Made by a program: the position numbers and the translations under genes. Source: Minisyncoccia bacterium (GTDB lineage: Bacteria; Patescibacteriota; Minisyncoccia; Phycocordibacterales; CAJBRS01). Taken from it: 64,000 nt of DNA. Where the stretch lies: NCBI GenBank assembly GCA_038215155.1, contig JBBQRF010000003.1:65904-129903 (forward strand), read 5' to 3'. Each line of letters begins with the position of its first letter. Positions within the stretch are counted from its first letter, which is position 1. The notes under the pieces are model-generated. The model had not been told where the DNA came from. It ran no database searches and saw only the letters and a program-made list of their open reading frames with translations. Below, piece by piece: positions 39,680 through 49,244 of this stretch.

Positions 39680-39709
39680 GTGTATGTAGTTGATGTGTTG
39701 GACCCGCTT

Positions 39710-39759
39710 TAAAAAAATCAAAATAAATTGATTTTTTTAAAGCGGGTCCACCCAGTAGG
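39710..39759. repeat. perfect 22-bp palindrome ggacccgctttaaaaaaatcaa / ttgatttttttaaagcgggtcc in the tRNA spacer
   Basis: exact inverted repeat with 6-nt loop; right arm overlaps the 3' end of tRNA-Lys; likely terminator or processing hairpin. Confidence 0.7.
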
Positions 39760-39829
39760 AATCGAACCTACGACCAACCGCTTAAGAGGCGGATGCTCTA
39801 CCAACTGAGCTATGGGTGGGAATAATATT
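39757..39829 (-). tRNA. tRNA-Lys (anticodon CTT) with unusual C1:G72 acceptor end
   Basis: reverse complement CCACCCATAGCTCAGTTGGTAGAGCATCCGCCTCTTAAGCGGTTGGTCGTAGGTTCGATTCCTACTGGGTGGA; aligns position by position with canonical tRNA-Lys. Confidence 0.8.
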
Positions 39830-39958
39830 ATGTGGTCACGAATCACTAAGTCTGCTCATTCGCTTCTAATTATAGCGAATTGCGCGGACTAAGTGTTCGC
39901 GACCCCGCCTCGTCTGTCTCGCAAAACCTCGACATGACTGCGGCCGGCACAAGTCCGC

Positions 39959-39986
39959 GAAAAATGCAAAGCAGTTTGCATTTTTC
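39959..39986. terminator. bidirectional terminator hairpin gaaaaatgcaaa gcag tttgcatttttc
   Basis: 9-bp stem flanked by A-run and T-run, downstream of tRNA-Leu(TAA) on the minus strand. Confidence 0.7.
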
Positions 39987-39993
39987 TGGCTTG

Positions 39994-40075
39994 TGCCCGA
40001 GGTGGGAATCGAACCCACATCCCTTGCGAGACACGATTTTAAGTCGTGCGCGTATACCAGTTCCGCCACTCGGGC
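39994..40075 (-). tRNA. tRNA-Leu (anticodon TAA)
   Basis: reverse complement GCCCGAGTGGCGGAACTGGTATACGCGCACGACTTAAAATCGTG..GTGGGTTCGATTCCCACCTCGGGCA. Confidence 0.85.
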
Positions 40076-40084
40076 ATATTAGCT

Positions 40085-40120
40085 TAAAGTCCGTAAAGTC
40101 CGTAAAGTCCGTAAAGTCCG
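40085..40120. repeat. 9-bp tandem repeat (taaagtccg) x4 in the tRNA spacer
   Basis: four exact head-to-tail copies, fifth degenerate (taaagattc); followed by tttatagac x2. Confidence 0.8.
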
Positions 40121-40174
40121 TAAAGATTCTGCTTTATAGACTTTATAGACCTTATGACTTTTTCGACTATCATG

Positions 40175-40246
40175 AGGCGTAGACCGGAATCGAACCGGTG
40201 TATAAAGATTTTGCAGATCTTTGCCTTACCACTTGGCTACTACGCC
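40175..40246 (-). tRNA. tRNA-Cys (anticodon GCA), U73 discriminator
   Basis: reverse complement GGCGTAGTAGCCAAGTGGTAAGGCAAAGATCTGCAAAATCTTTATACACCGGTTCGATTCCGGTCTACGCCT. Confidence 0.85.
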
Positions 40247-40271
40247 GCTTGGCGGACGCCTGCATACTAAT

Positions 40272-40595
40272 TTACAATTTATTTGCTATAGAATCAATTC
40301 GCTGCCGATTTTTTTCACCAAAATCAATTTCAAAATCAAAAAAGGGAAGACGACCGAGCGAGCCTTTTTCCCTTACATAATGTTTAAACTCACTTCGATG
40401 TCGTTTCAAAAAATCTAGAACGGCTTTCTCTTTATCATCTGGATAAACCGTGATAAAGATGACGGCCTCTTTATAGTCATCAGAAACCTTGGTACCCGTG
40501 ACAGTCACTAAGGCACTGCCGCTAGATTCGCGTTCGATGAATTCAGAGGCAAGCTGGCGAATTAATTCCTTGATTTTTTCTGTTCTATATGGCAT
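40272..40595 (-). CDS. rbfA: ribosome-binding factor A
   Basis: 107 aa, RbfA-like KH fold sequence immediately downstream of infB. Confidence 0.75.
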   Translation of the reverse strand: MPYRTEKIKELIRQLASEFIERESSGSALVTVTGTKVSDDYKEAVIFITVYPDDKEKAVLDFLKRHRSEFKHYVREKGSLGRLPFFDFEIDFGEKNRQRIDSIANKL

Positions 40596-40614
40596 TTTCT
40601 TCTGACTTCTTTGT

Positions 40615-42126
40615 CTATTTTTTTACAATGACAAAACATTCTATTTTATCTCCCGGGGCGATTTCAATTTTAGATTCAATCATGGCCCCGAATTCCGTAC
40701 CAGCATTTACTTCCTTCGTCTTTGCCTTGGCCTGTTGAAGTTCTTTAATTTTACCCTGGCCAATGATACCCTCACGGCGCAAAATTTTCACATCATCACC
40801 GACAGAAATGACTCCATCTTCCGCGCGTCCTCCAATGACTTGGCGATCTTTCACACGACTGAAGAGCCGCAATATTTTTGCCACTCCTTTTTTTTCCTCC
40901 ACTTCTTCTTGGGGAGTTCTTTCTTTAATCACCCCTTCAAGCCATTCTTGAAGTTTGTAAATAATATTGAAAGTATGAATTTCTACTTCCAATCGTTCCG
41001 CCAATTGTTTAGTGGCTCCCGAAATTCTAGTTTCAAAACCAACGATTAAAGTACCCGGCTTACCGCTAGCAATCTTAACGTCGTCATCATTAACATCCCC
41101 AATGGCTTTGTAAAGTGTGCTCAATTCTACTTTATCGGTTTCTAACTTGGCTAATTCAAATTCAATAGCTTCAATAATGCCAGAAGTATTGGCCTTGATA
41201 ATAATGGGAATAATGTATTTATTTGAAACGATCTTTTCCGTCGCCTGTTTTTGTTCGGTGGATTTTTTATTTTCCAAAAATTTCTCTGCTTCTTTTTTAG
41301 AATGGAAAGAATAAAAGGGAGCACCGACTTCTGGGATACTATCAAAACCAATAACCTTGATTGGCGAGGAGAAAGTCGCTTCAGTCAGGCGCTTGCCCGA
41401 ATAATCTTCCAAGAGGCGAGTCGGCGCGAGGCTCTTCGCGCCGACTACAAACATGCCACTTTTTAAAGTTCCAGATTTAATTACTAACGTTGCCGAAATG
41501 CCTTTTTCTTTATCACGATTAACTTCTATTATTGTTCCTTCAGCTGGCAGTGATGGATCTGCCTGAAATTCATGAAGCTCAGAAACTAGAAGCATCATAT
41601 CTAGGAGTTCTTGCACCCCTTGGCCAGTTTTGGCAGAAATGGCTACTGAGGGGATATCGCCCCCGAAACCTTCGAGATAAATCTCGTTTTCCATTAAAGA
41701 ATTTCGCGTTCGATCCAGATTGGCACCCTCTTTATCAATTTTATTAATGGCCACAATGACAGGGAGCTTTGCTTCCTGAATACTTTTATAGGCTTCAGTG
41801 GTTTGAGGCTTTACGCCATCTTCAGCTGATACTATTAAGATAGCTAGGTCGGCCACACTCGCTCCACGTCCTCGCAGCCGGGAAAAAGCCTCATGGCCGG
41901 GTGTATCCAAGAAAGTTAAGCGTTTACCATTATGCTCCACCTCATAAGCAGAAAGATTTTGGGTAATGCCCCCCACCTCCTTTTCTGTAACGTTAGTCTT
42001 CCTTATGTAATCAAGCAGAGTGGACTTGCCATGATCAATATGTCCCATTATTACAATAACTGGCGGGCGCTCTATCGTATTAGTAGTTTTATTTAAGACT
42101 TCAGGCATATTCATACATTTATACAT
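40615..42126 (-). CDS. infB: translation initiation factor IF-2 (short form)
   Basis: RPPVIVIMGHIDHGKSTLLDYIR G-domain, beta-barrel domains, infB-rbfA synteny. Confidence 0.85.
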   Translation of the reverse strand: MYKCMNMPEVLNKTTNTIERPPVIVIMGHIDHGKSTLLDYIRKTNVTEKEVGGITQNLSAYEVEHNGKRLTFLDTPGHEAFSRLRGRGASVADLAILIVSAEDGVKPQTTEAYKSIQEAKLPVIVAINKIDKEGANLDRTRNSLMENEIYLEGFGGDIPSVAISAKTGQGVQELLDMMLLVSELHEFQADPSLPAEGTIIEVNRDKEKGISATLVIKSGTLKSGMFVVGAKSLAPTRLLEDYSGKRLTEATFSSPIKVIGFDSIPEVGAPFYSFHSKKEAEKFLENKKSTEQKQATEKIVSNKYIIPIIIKANTSGIIEAIEFELAKLETDKVELSTLYKAIGDVNDDDVKIASGKPGTLIVGFETRISGATKQLAERLEVEIHTFNIIYKLQEWLEGVIKERTPQEEVEEKKGVAKILRLFSRVKDRQVIGGRAEDGVISVGDDVKILRREGIIGQGKIKELQQAKAKTKEVNAGTEFGAMIESKIEIAPGDKIECFVIVKK

Positions 42127-42174
42127 GGGAAAGTCGGCTTTTGCAAAACAGGAGGACTAGTATATTCTTGAAAA

Positions 42175-43362
42175 GTGAAAAAAAGAATTTATTTAGATTA
42201 TGCTTCCATCACTCCGCTCGATGCACGAGTGTTAGCAGCAATGATGCCTTTTTTAAAAAATGACTTTGCTAATGCCACTTCGCTCTACAAAGAAGGAGTT
42301 CATAATAAAAAAAGAATTGAATTATCTCGCAAACAGATTTCCAATCTATTATCTGCACTTCCGAGCGAAATAATTTTTACTTCTGGTGGCACAGAAGCAA
42401 ATAATTTAGCCATTCTTGGTGTCTTTAAAATGGTTAAGGCACTTCCCGAATATAAAAAGAGAAAACCTCATTTTATTACCACGAACATTGAACACCCTTC
42501 AGTATTGGAAATTTTTCAGCAAATTGAGAAAGAGGGTGGGGAAGTTAGTTACATTTCCGTAGATGATCAAGGTCTTGTATCGGCCCGGGAGATTAGGAAA
42601 GTCTTGAAAAATAATACGGTGCTCATTTCAGTAATGCTTGCTAATAATGAAATTGGCACCATTCAACCAATTAAAGAAATTGCAAAGACTATTGGTCACT
42701 TTCGCAAAGAAAAGAAGCATGTTCGCGAGCTTCCGTATTTTCATTCTGACGCTAGCCAAGCAGCTAACTATTTAGAGCTCAATGTTGAGAAATTAGGAAT
42801 TGACCTAATGACAGTTGATGGAAGTAAGATTTACGGGCCGCGAGGAGCCGGAGTGCTTTATGCTCGTCGAGGTAGAAAAATTGAACCGATTATTTTTGGC
42901 GGCGGCCAGGAATCGGGCCGCCGCCCCGGCACGGAAAATGCGGCGGCTATTGTAGGCCTCGCCGTCGCCCTCCAAATTTCTGAAAAGGAAAAAGTAACCG
43001 AAACTAAACGTCTCTCCAATATGCGCGACCACTTAATTAAAAAGGCTTTAAAAATCCCAGGAGTAATATTAAACGGCCATCCCACTTTGCGCCTGCCCAA
43101 TAATATTAATCTTTGTTTTCCTGATCTAGATTCTGAATTTGCCGTACTTCAGTTTGATGCGGCTGGTATTGCCATTTCTTCTGTTACTAGCTGTCGAAAT
43201 CTTTCAGAAGACTCTACTTCATATGTCATTGAAGCTCTCGGTCGCAAAGATTGCGCCAAGAGCTCTCTGCGAATTAGTCTAGGGCGTTTCACTACTAAAA
43301 CAGAAATTGATAAGTGTCTCGAAGTTCTCTATAATGTCATTAATAATGGAGGAATTAACTAA
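42175..43362 (+). CDS. cysteine desulfurase (class V aminotransferase, NifS/IscS family)
   Basis: PLP-lysine region TVDGSKIYGPRGAGVLY and SDASQAANYLELN. Confidence 0.8.
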   Translation: MKKRIYLDYASITPLDARVLAAMMPFLKNDFANATSLYKEGVHNKKRIELSRKQISNLLSALPSEIIFTSGGTEANNLAILGVFKMVKALPEYKKRKPHFITTNIEHPSVLEIFQQIEKEGGEVSYISVDDQGLVSAREIRKVLKNNTVLISVMLANNEIGTIQPIKEIAKTIGHFRKEKKHVRELPYFHSDASQAANYLELNVEKLGIDLMTVDGSKIYGPRGAGVLYARRGRKIEPIIFGGGQESGRRPGTENAAAIVGLAVALQISEKEKVTETKRLSNMRDHLIKKALKIPGVILNGHPTLRLPNNINLCFPDLDSEFAVLQFDAAGIAISSVTSCRNLSEDSTSYVIEALGRKDCAKSSLRISLGRFTTKTEIDKCLEVLYNVINNGGIN

Positions 43363-44155
43363 AACTCAAATTGTCCTCCTCACTCTTTTAGTAAGTTTTG
43401 TCACTTCTATTGCCACCGGCATTGTGACGGTTGCCCTAGTAGATCAATCTTCTCAAGGAGTAGGACAAACTATTCAAACTGTAGTTGAGAAAACTATTCA
43501 AACGGTTATCCCCGGCACTAAGGCCACGAGCACCGACACAGTGAAAGTTGCTTCGCCCGGAGCAATTATTCCTACTCCATCTGTTTCTGAAAGTGATTTA
43601 ATGGTATCGGCCGTTTCAAGAGCAGCGCCGGCTTTAGTGCGCATCAAACAAATTAATACAGAACCAGCGTATGGTTTTGTTGGACTAGGTTTAATTGTCT
43701 CGCCCAAAGGGCTGGTCATCGCCGATAAAAGTCTGAACGAATCGGTGAATGCTAGTTATTGGGCGGTTTTTCCGGATGGAAAAACCGCCACTCTCACTCG
43801 AGCCACTCTAAATGGCTCAAGTACTTCTGTCGCCCTCTTTAGCATCGGTACTTCAACCGGAGTAAAATTAACATCCGCCGTCTTCGGAGATTCCAGCAAG
43901 CTTGCTCTCGGTCAGAAAATCCTAGCCATAAGTGGCGCGGATAGAAATACGGTTATAACGGGCATAATTTCTAGCTTTGATAAAAATGACTCATCACCCA
44001 CCTATATTAAACCTGATTTCAAAGTAACTGATTTGGTCTACGGCTCTATCTTGTTAAATCTCAACGGCGAGATTGTCGGTATAAAACTCGGAAAGAGCGG
44101 ATGGGACAATGCTTTCTTTTCATCTAATAGTTTAAAAATTGAACTAGGTATTTAA
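43346..44155 (+). CDS. trypsin-like (S1C/HtrA-type) peptidase domain protein, catalytic residues not conserved
   Basis: GDSSKLALGQKILAISG and YGSILLNLNGEIVGI resemble HtrA motifs, but the Ser (GNSGGP) and His are substituted. Confidence 0.4.
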   Translation: MEELTKTQIVLLTLLVSFVTSIATGIVTVALVDQSSQGVGQTIQTVVEKTIQTVIPGTKATSTDTVKVASPGAIIPTPSVSESDLMVSAVSRAAPALVRIKQINTEPAYGFVGLGLIVSPKGLVIADKSLNESVNASYWAVFPDGKTATLTRATLNGSSTSVALFSIGTSTGVKLTSAVFGDSSKLALGQKILAISGADRNTVITGIISSFDKNDSSPTYIKPDFKVTDLVYGSILLNLNGEIVGIKLGKSGWDNAFFSSNSLKIELGI

Positions 44156-44210
44156 TTAAGGATTGGTCAATTTGACAAGCTCTCTGTTAATTCTATAATG
44201 CCCACATATT

Positions 44211-46895
44211 ATGCCTCCATTTCAAAAATTTACATCAAAAGCTCAAGAAGCAATTAAACGTGCTCATGAATTGGCAGTGGAACGCGGACAGAATCATGTC
44301 AATCCACTTCACCTCTTAGCCGCTCTCATTCTTCAGGAAGAGAGTATGGTTGCTTCCATTTTGGATCGATTAGAGATTGATTCTAACTCGTTAACCGACA
44401 CCCTATTAGAATCAATAGAATCTCCGGATACTTCCTCTACATTAGCCCCGTCTTACCAACTTTACCTCACTCCTGAACTTGCCCAAGTAATTGAAAACTC
44501 TAGCAAGGTGGCGGCTTCCCTCAAGGACGATTATGTTTCCACAGAGCATCTTTTTCTGGCTATTTTTGATGTGACCGGACCAGCGCGGGAAACATTGAAC
44601 CGATTTCACTTAAATAAAAATGACATAATAAAGATTATTGATGAGCTTCGCGTTTCTAAATCGCCAGAAACGGCCACTCCTAAAAAATTAAAATCTATTG
44701 CCAAGTTTACTCGCAATCTTACTCAGCTCGCCCGCGAAAATAAATTAGACCCTGTTATTGGTCGCGACGATGAAATTGGCAGAGTCATTCAGATTTTGTC
44801 CCGTCGCACTAAAAACAATCCAATTCTGATTGGTGAAGCGGGAGTAGGGAAGACGGCCATTGTAGAAGGGCTTGCATCGCGAATTGCTAACGGAGATGTG
44901 CCGGAATCTTTGAAAGACAAAGAACTGGTTTCTCTTGATTTAGGAACATTAGTGGCGGGGACGAAATACCGCGGAGAATTTGAAGAGCGATTAAAAAATA
45001 TTTTAAAAGAGATGGAGCGTTCAGATGGCCGCATCATTCTATTCATTGACGAGATTCATACTATTGTGGGGGCGGGAGCGGCCGAAGGATCACTCGACGC
45101 TTCCAATATGTTGAAGCCCGCCCTGGCTCGAGGAGAATTACGAGCTATTGGTGCTACCACCTTTAAAGAGTACCAACGACACATTGAGAAAGACCCCGCT
45201 CTCACTCGACGTTTCCAGCCAGTCTATGTTCAAGAACCCTCAATTGAAGATGCGGTGGCGATCCTGCGTGGCTTGAAAGAGAAATACGAGCTCTATCACG
45301 GTGTTCATATTACCGACGACGCTATCGTTGCGGCGGTCAACCTTTCCAGTCGCTACATTACCGACCGCTTCTTGCCGGACAAAGCGGTGGATCTAATCGA
45401 TGAGTCTGCTTCTCATCTGAAAATCTCTCTTGAAAACAAGCCACCAGTTTTAGAAGAGGCACATCGAAAAATTATGCGTCTAGAGATTGAACGAGAGGCC
45501 CTCAAAAAAGAATCAGCTACTTCTAAAAATGCTCGCGCCCGTATTAAAGTTATTGAAAAAGAAATTGCCGACCTCAAAGAGCAAACTTCCGAAGTGGAAT
45601 TAAAATGGAAAAATGAGAAAGAAATTCTGACCGCTATTAAAGATGTAAAAAAGAAATTGGAAAGCTCGCGTCTCGAGGCGGAGAGCGCCGAGGCGCGAGC
45701 TGACCTGGTTAAGGCGGCGGAAATACGCTACAGCAGTATTCCTAATCTAGAGAAAAACCTAGAAGGAAGTGTTAAGAAATTAAAAAAACTTCAAAGCTCG
45801 CGCCGCATCCTCAAAGAGGAAATCACCGAGAACGATATCGCCGATGTCGTAGCAAAGTGGACAGGAATTCCAGTCGCGCGCATGCTCGAGGCTGAAGCCA
45901 AAAAACTCAATCGAATGGTAGAGGTCCTTGATAAGCGAATTGTCGGTCAAGATGAAGCGGTACAAAAAATTACCGATACCGTTAAACGATCTCGGGCTGG
46001 TATTGCTGATCCTAATCGTCCCATTGGTTCTTTCATCTTCCTCGGGCCAACAGGTGTGGGAAAAACGGAATTAACCAAGGCTTTAGCAGAATTTATGTTT
46101 GATGATGAAAAATCTCTCATTCGAGTAGACATGTCAGAATACATGGAACGACACTCTGTCTCAAAAATTATTGGTGCCCCCGCGGGTTACGTCGGATATG
46201 AAGAAGGAGGACAACTTACTGAACAAGTTCGTCACCGACCATATTCCGTCATTCTTTTTGATGAAATTGAAAAAGCTCATCCCGAAGTATTCAATATTTT
46301 GCTACAAGTTCTAGATAACGGTCACTTAACCGACGCCAAAGGAAGATCAGTTAATTTCAAAAATACAGTTATCATTATGACCTCAAATATCGGCGCACAA
46401 TTTATTGATAGCATGCAAAGACTAGGTTTTGCCACCGGGGATGAAAAGATGGAATACAATAATGTTAAAAGCAAGGTAATGGATAGCTTAAAAGATTATT
46501 TTCGACCAGAATTTCTTAATCGTTTAGACGAGATAATTGTTTTCGATATTCTGGGTGAGAAAAGCATTAAGCAAATTGTGGAGATTGAAATGGGTAGAGT
46601 TAAAGAAAGACTGAAGGCGAAGGAAATTAAATTGGAAGTATCGGAAGAAGTTTGTAGTTATTTGGGCAAGGAGGGCTACAACCCTCGCTATGGCGCCCGA
46701 CCGCTGAAACGCTTAATTCAAAATAAGATTTTAACTCCCGTAGCGTCGCTAATGGTTTCAGAGGGAGTGATGAAGGGGGGTTCAATTTTTGTGGGATTAA
46801 ATAAACAAACTAAAGAGTTTACTTTTGATGTAAAGAAGGGTAGAAAGGGAAGTCTGATATCGGAACGAATAATTGAGAAAGCGGTGAAGGTGTGA
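44211..46895 (+). CDS. clpB: ATP-dependent chaperone ClpB
   Basis: Clp N-domain, two AAA+ modules ([30 protein letters not shown]), middle coiled-coil domain. Confidence 0.85.
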   Translation: MPPFQKFTSKAQEAIKRAHELAVERGQNHVNPLHLLAALILQEESMVASILDRLEIDSNSLTDTLLESIESPDTSSTLAPSYQLYLTPELAQVIENSSKVAASLKDDYVSTEHLFLAIFDVTGPARETLNRFHLNKNDIIKIIDELRVSKSPETATPKKLKSIAKFTRNLTQLARENKLDPVIGRDDEIGRVIQILSRRTKNNPILIGEAGVGKTAIVEGLASRIANGDVPESLKDKELVSLDLGTLVAGTKYRGEFEERLKNILKEMERSDGRIILFIDEIHTIVGAGAAEGSLDASNMLKPALARGELRAIGATTFKEYQRHIEKDPALTRRFQPVYVQEPSIEDAVAILRGLKEKYELYHGVHITDDAIVAAVNLSSRYITDRFLPDKAVDLIDESASHLKISLENKPPVLEEAHRKIMRLEIEREALKKESATSKNARARIKVIEKEIADLKEQTSEVELKWKNEKEILTAIKDVKKKLESSRLEAESAEARADLVKAAEIRYSSIPNLEKNLEGSVKKLKKLQSSRRILKEEITENDIADVVAKWTGIPVARMLEAEAKKLNRMVEVLDKRIVGQDEAVQKITDTVKRSRAGIADPNRPIGSFIFLGPTGVGKTELTKALAEFMFDDEKSLIRVDMSEYMERHSVSKIIGAPAGYVGYEEGGQLTEQVRHRPYSVILFDEIEKAHPEVFNILLQVLDNGHLTDAKGRSVNFKNTVIIMTSNIGAQFIDSMQRLGFATGDEKMEYNNVKSKVMDSLKDYFRPEFLNRLDEIIVFDILGEKSIKQIVEIEMGRVKERLKAKEIKLEVSEEVCSYLGKEGYNPRYGARPLKRLIQNKILTPVASLMVSEGVMKGGSIFVGLNKQTKEFTFDVKKGRKGSLISERIIEKAVKV

Positions 46896-46914
46896 TAAAT
46901 TGGCAGCATACTTT

Positions 46915-47001
46915 GCGCAGGTGGTAGAGCGGTCAATTACAACAGACTGTAAATCTGTCGGCCTATGGCCTACGGGGGTTCGAATCCCTCCCTGCGCACC
47001 A
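46915..47001 (+). tRNA. tRNA-Tyr (anticodon GTA), long variable arm, CCA encoded
   Basis: GCGCAGG..ACAGACTGTAAATCTGT..CGGCCTATGGCC..GGGGGTTCGAATCCCTCCCTGCGCACCA. Confidence 0.8.
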
Positions 47002-47004
47002 AAG

Positions 47005-47036
47005 AAAAACCCTAACTTCTGTTAGGGTTTTTCTTT
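47005..47036 (+). terminator. rho-independent terminator after tRNA-Tyr
   Basis: aaaaaccctaac ttct gttagggttttt. Confidence 0.8.
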
Positions 47037-47124
47037 GGCCTCGACTGGGTTAACGGGATTCGAATTAGGTCGAATCTCCTCCACATTTGACACATACTAA
47101 ATAGTGTGCTATTTTCCTTTTTAG

Positions 47125-47385
47125 ATGAATATCAAGATTGTTAAACGTTTCCGATTTATTCGGAACATTTTCACCACAACTAAAAAACCAACCCAGCACG
47201 CTGTCACGGCGCCCTTGCTCCCGAGCCTCGCGTTCTCTGGAGCTCAATCCGGCAATACGCTAGTGAGCGTAACAGCTAGACATACCCCTACGGTGGTGCA
47301 AATCAGCCGGCCAAGGAAAAAAAGACGTTCTCATCAAAATCCGCCTCGCCGAGGAGTTAAAAGTCTCCGGTACGCAGGCTCGTAA
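47125..47385 (+). CDS. hypothetical basic low-complexity ORF in a GC-elevated segment (may instead be noncoding RNA)
   Basis: 86 aa ORF; upstream TTGACA-N17-TATTTT at about 47088-47116; downstream hairpin aaccccgtcgc tttcga gcgacggggtt at 47394-47421. Confidence 0.25.
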   Translation: MNIKIVKRFRFIRNIFTTTKKPTQHAVTAPLLPSLAFSGAQSGNTLVSVTARHTPTVVQISRPRKKRRSHQNPPRRGVKSLRYAGS

Positions 47386-47468
47386 TTTTATAATAACCCC
47401 GTCGCTTTCGAGCGACGGGGTTGCTTTATTAAAGCCCTTATATTAAGCTATAAATTCAAATTAATTTT

Positions 47469-47624
47469 ATGTCACAAGATAATCTTATTATTCTAAAGCA
47501 CAAGGCAACGGGCGAAGTCTATTGGACGCGCAAGAACAAGCGAAAAGTGGAGCGCAAGATCGAGCTGAAGAAATACAGTAAAAAACTCAAAAAGCACGTC
47601 CTTTTCAAGGAAGCCAAGAAATAG
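47469..47624 (+). CDS. rpmG: 50S ribosomal protein L33 (51 aa, below the ORF-track cutoff)
   Basis: translated by eye: MSQDNLIILKHKATGEVYWTRKNKRKVERKIELKKYSKKLKKHVLFKEAKK, matching the L33 pattern Y.T.KNKR..KLELKKY.P..KHVL.KE.K. Confidence 0.75.
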   Translation: MSQDNLIILKHKATGEVYWTRKNKRKVERKIELKKYSKKLKKHVLFKEAKK

Positions 47625-47652
47625 AAAAATGGCGCCTCCGGCGCCATTTTTC
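47625..47652 (+). terminator. rho-independent terminator after rpmG
   Basis: aaaaatggcgcc tccg gcgccattttt. Confidence 0.8.
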
Positions 47653-47673
47653 TTAAGGTATAATTAATTCGTA

Positions 47674-47745
47674 GGGCCTATAGTTTCAATGGTAAAACAT
47701 CAGTCTCCAAAACTGAGGTTCTCCGTTCGAGTCGGAGTGGGCCCG
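47674..47745 (+). tRNA. tRNA-Trp (anticodon CCA)
   Basis: GGGCCTATAGTTTCAATGGTAAAACATCAGTCTCCAAAACTGAGGTTCTCCGTTCGAGTCGGAGTGGGCCCG. Confidence 0.85.
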
Positions 47746-48662
47746 CAAAAACAAGGAGCGTTAGCGACTATGCTTTTTGCAGGGTGCCGACGACTCGGTC
47801 GCGGCCCCGCCATCCACCTAATCCTCTTATCTTTCTTAAACCAGGTCATTTGGCGTTGGGCGTAATGCCAGATTTCAGTTTCTAATTTTTCAATCATTTC
47901 TTTTTTAGAAAGTTTCCCCTGCAAATGTTTAGCAAGGTAGCGATACTCGAGCCCTAGCTCATCCATTCTTCTCCACGAGAGGCCATTTTTATGAAGCCTT
48001 TTGGCTTCAGCGATCATGCCGCGCCTCAATCGCAGACGGAGGCGCGCCCTAATTTTCTTTTTTAGGATTTCCTCTTTAACTTTAATACCGATCAGAGTGG
48101 CGGAATATTTTGGTTCACTTTTAATTTTCGGAACACTTCCCAAAGCGGTGGCAATTTCGATCGCCCGGATAAGTCGCCGCGGATTTTGCTGATCAATGAC
48201 GGCAGCTCTTTCGGGATCCAGTCTCTCTAAAATACTATAGAGTTGTGAAACGGAGTTTTGTTTCAGTTTGTTACGAAGTTTCAGATTGGCCGAAACTTCC
48301 GGAAGCACTAGATTGTCCACTACCGCTTGTATATAAAAACCAGTACCTCCACAAACAATTGGAAGCTTTCCCTTGTCAATAATTACGTTAATAGCCTTTT
48401 CGGCTAAGCGTTTGTACTCATCTACCGAAAAGTATTTTTTTGGAAGTGCCACGTCTAATAAATAGTGAGGCACTCCTTGCATTTCTTTTTTTGTAATTTT
48501 TCCTGTGCCGATATCCAAACCTTTATAGATCTGGCGCGAATCAGCTGAGACGATTTCCCCATTTAATCTTTTGGCCAGTTTTACCGCCAAGGTGCTTTTC
48601 CCAGAGGCAGTAGGGCCGACAATAACTAAAATTTTCGGATTAGCAGAATAGGGCTTTTTCAT
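47700..48662 (-). CDS. miaA: tRNA dimethylallyltransferase
   Basis: P-loop GPTASGKST, SADSRQIYKGLDIGTGK; C-terminal tail overlaps tRNA-Trp on the opposite strand. Confidence 0.85.
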   Translation of the reverse strand: MKKPYSANPKILVIVGPTASGKSTLAVKLAKRLNGEIVSADSRQIYKGLDIGTGKITKKEMQGVPHYLLDVALPKKYFSVDEYKRLAEKAINVIIDKGKLPIVCGGTGFYIQAVVDNLVLPEVSANLKLRNKLKQNSVSQLYSILERLDPERAAVIDQQNPRRLIRAIEIATALGSVPKIKSEPKYSATLIGIKVKEEILKKKIRARLRLRLRRGMIAEAKRLHKNGLSWRRMDELGLEYRYLAKHLQGKLSKKEMIEKLETEIWHYAQRQMTWFKKDKRIRWMAGPRPSRRHPAKSIVANAPCFCGPTPTRTENLSFGD

Positions 48663-48666
48663 TCAG

Positions 48667-49215
48667 TCAATCCTTAACGAGGTTGATTAATGTTATAAAA
48701 TCTTCTGTCATACGCGAAATCCTTATAATATATTTGGGAGTTTTTGTAACTGATATCTTATAAATTTTTGGTACAAAATCTAGATTTTGTACCATGATCA
48801 TCACATCATTAGCAAGATCTTTTATAATTGTTGTAAAATTTACCATTTTATATCCACGGTCATAATATATAGAACCATCTGTTTGGAACAAGCCACGTAA
48901 ACACTCAACTGAGTAATTTCTATTTTCTTTGATCCAATCTGGAACTCTAACATTCTGCATAAACTTTGACCCGTTCTTCGCTTTCCACCCCAAGATGCTT
49001 TCTAGATGATTTGAATAGCAGTAAACATCAAGAGCCTTCGCTTTTCTTCTGGCCACAGATACTTTATTGTCCGGAAGTAATTTCTGAAGCGATTCTCTAA
49101 TCGTTTTAATTAAATTAGGATACCCTAAATCACAAGTAATTCTTAATCTTGTAGCCCTATTATTTGAATTTGATAAATTGCCATCACCAATGGAGAGCCC
49201 AATAACATAGGCCAT
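48667..49215 (-). CDS. LAGLIDADG family homing endonuclease (double-motif, single chain)
   Basis: start moved to MAYVIGLSIGDGNL (motif 1) because the longer ORF runs through tRNA-Leu on the same strand; second motif LRGLFQTDGSIY. Confidence 0.7.
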   Translation of the reverse strand: MAYVIGLSIGDGNLSNSNNRATRLRITCDLGYPNLIKTIRESLQKLLPDNKVSVARRKAKALDVYCYSNHLESILGWKAKNGSKFMQNVRVPDWIKENRNYSVECLRGLFQTDGSIYYDRGYKMVNFTTIIKDLANDVMIMVQNLDFVPKIYKISVTKTPKYIIRISRMTEDFITLINLVKD

Positions 49216-49244
49216 TAATTTTAAATCAGTACTTAACCTCTTAG

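Noticed and set aside
39882-39959. GC-rich 80-nt block flanked by inverted repeats as SRP RNA or tRNA
   Set aside because: No GGAAGGAAGCAGC-like domain IV or T-loop. A better SRP candidate exists upstream of dnaX. Left as an unexplained structured spacer.
39866-40380. ORFs 39866-40069, 39880-40182, 40198-40380, 40221-40418 in the tRNA island
   Set aside because: Run through tRNA-Leu(TAA)/tRNA-Cys, the 9-bp tandem repeat (encoding a VKS repeat) or the rbfA gene on the opposite strand; spurious.
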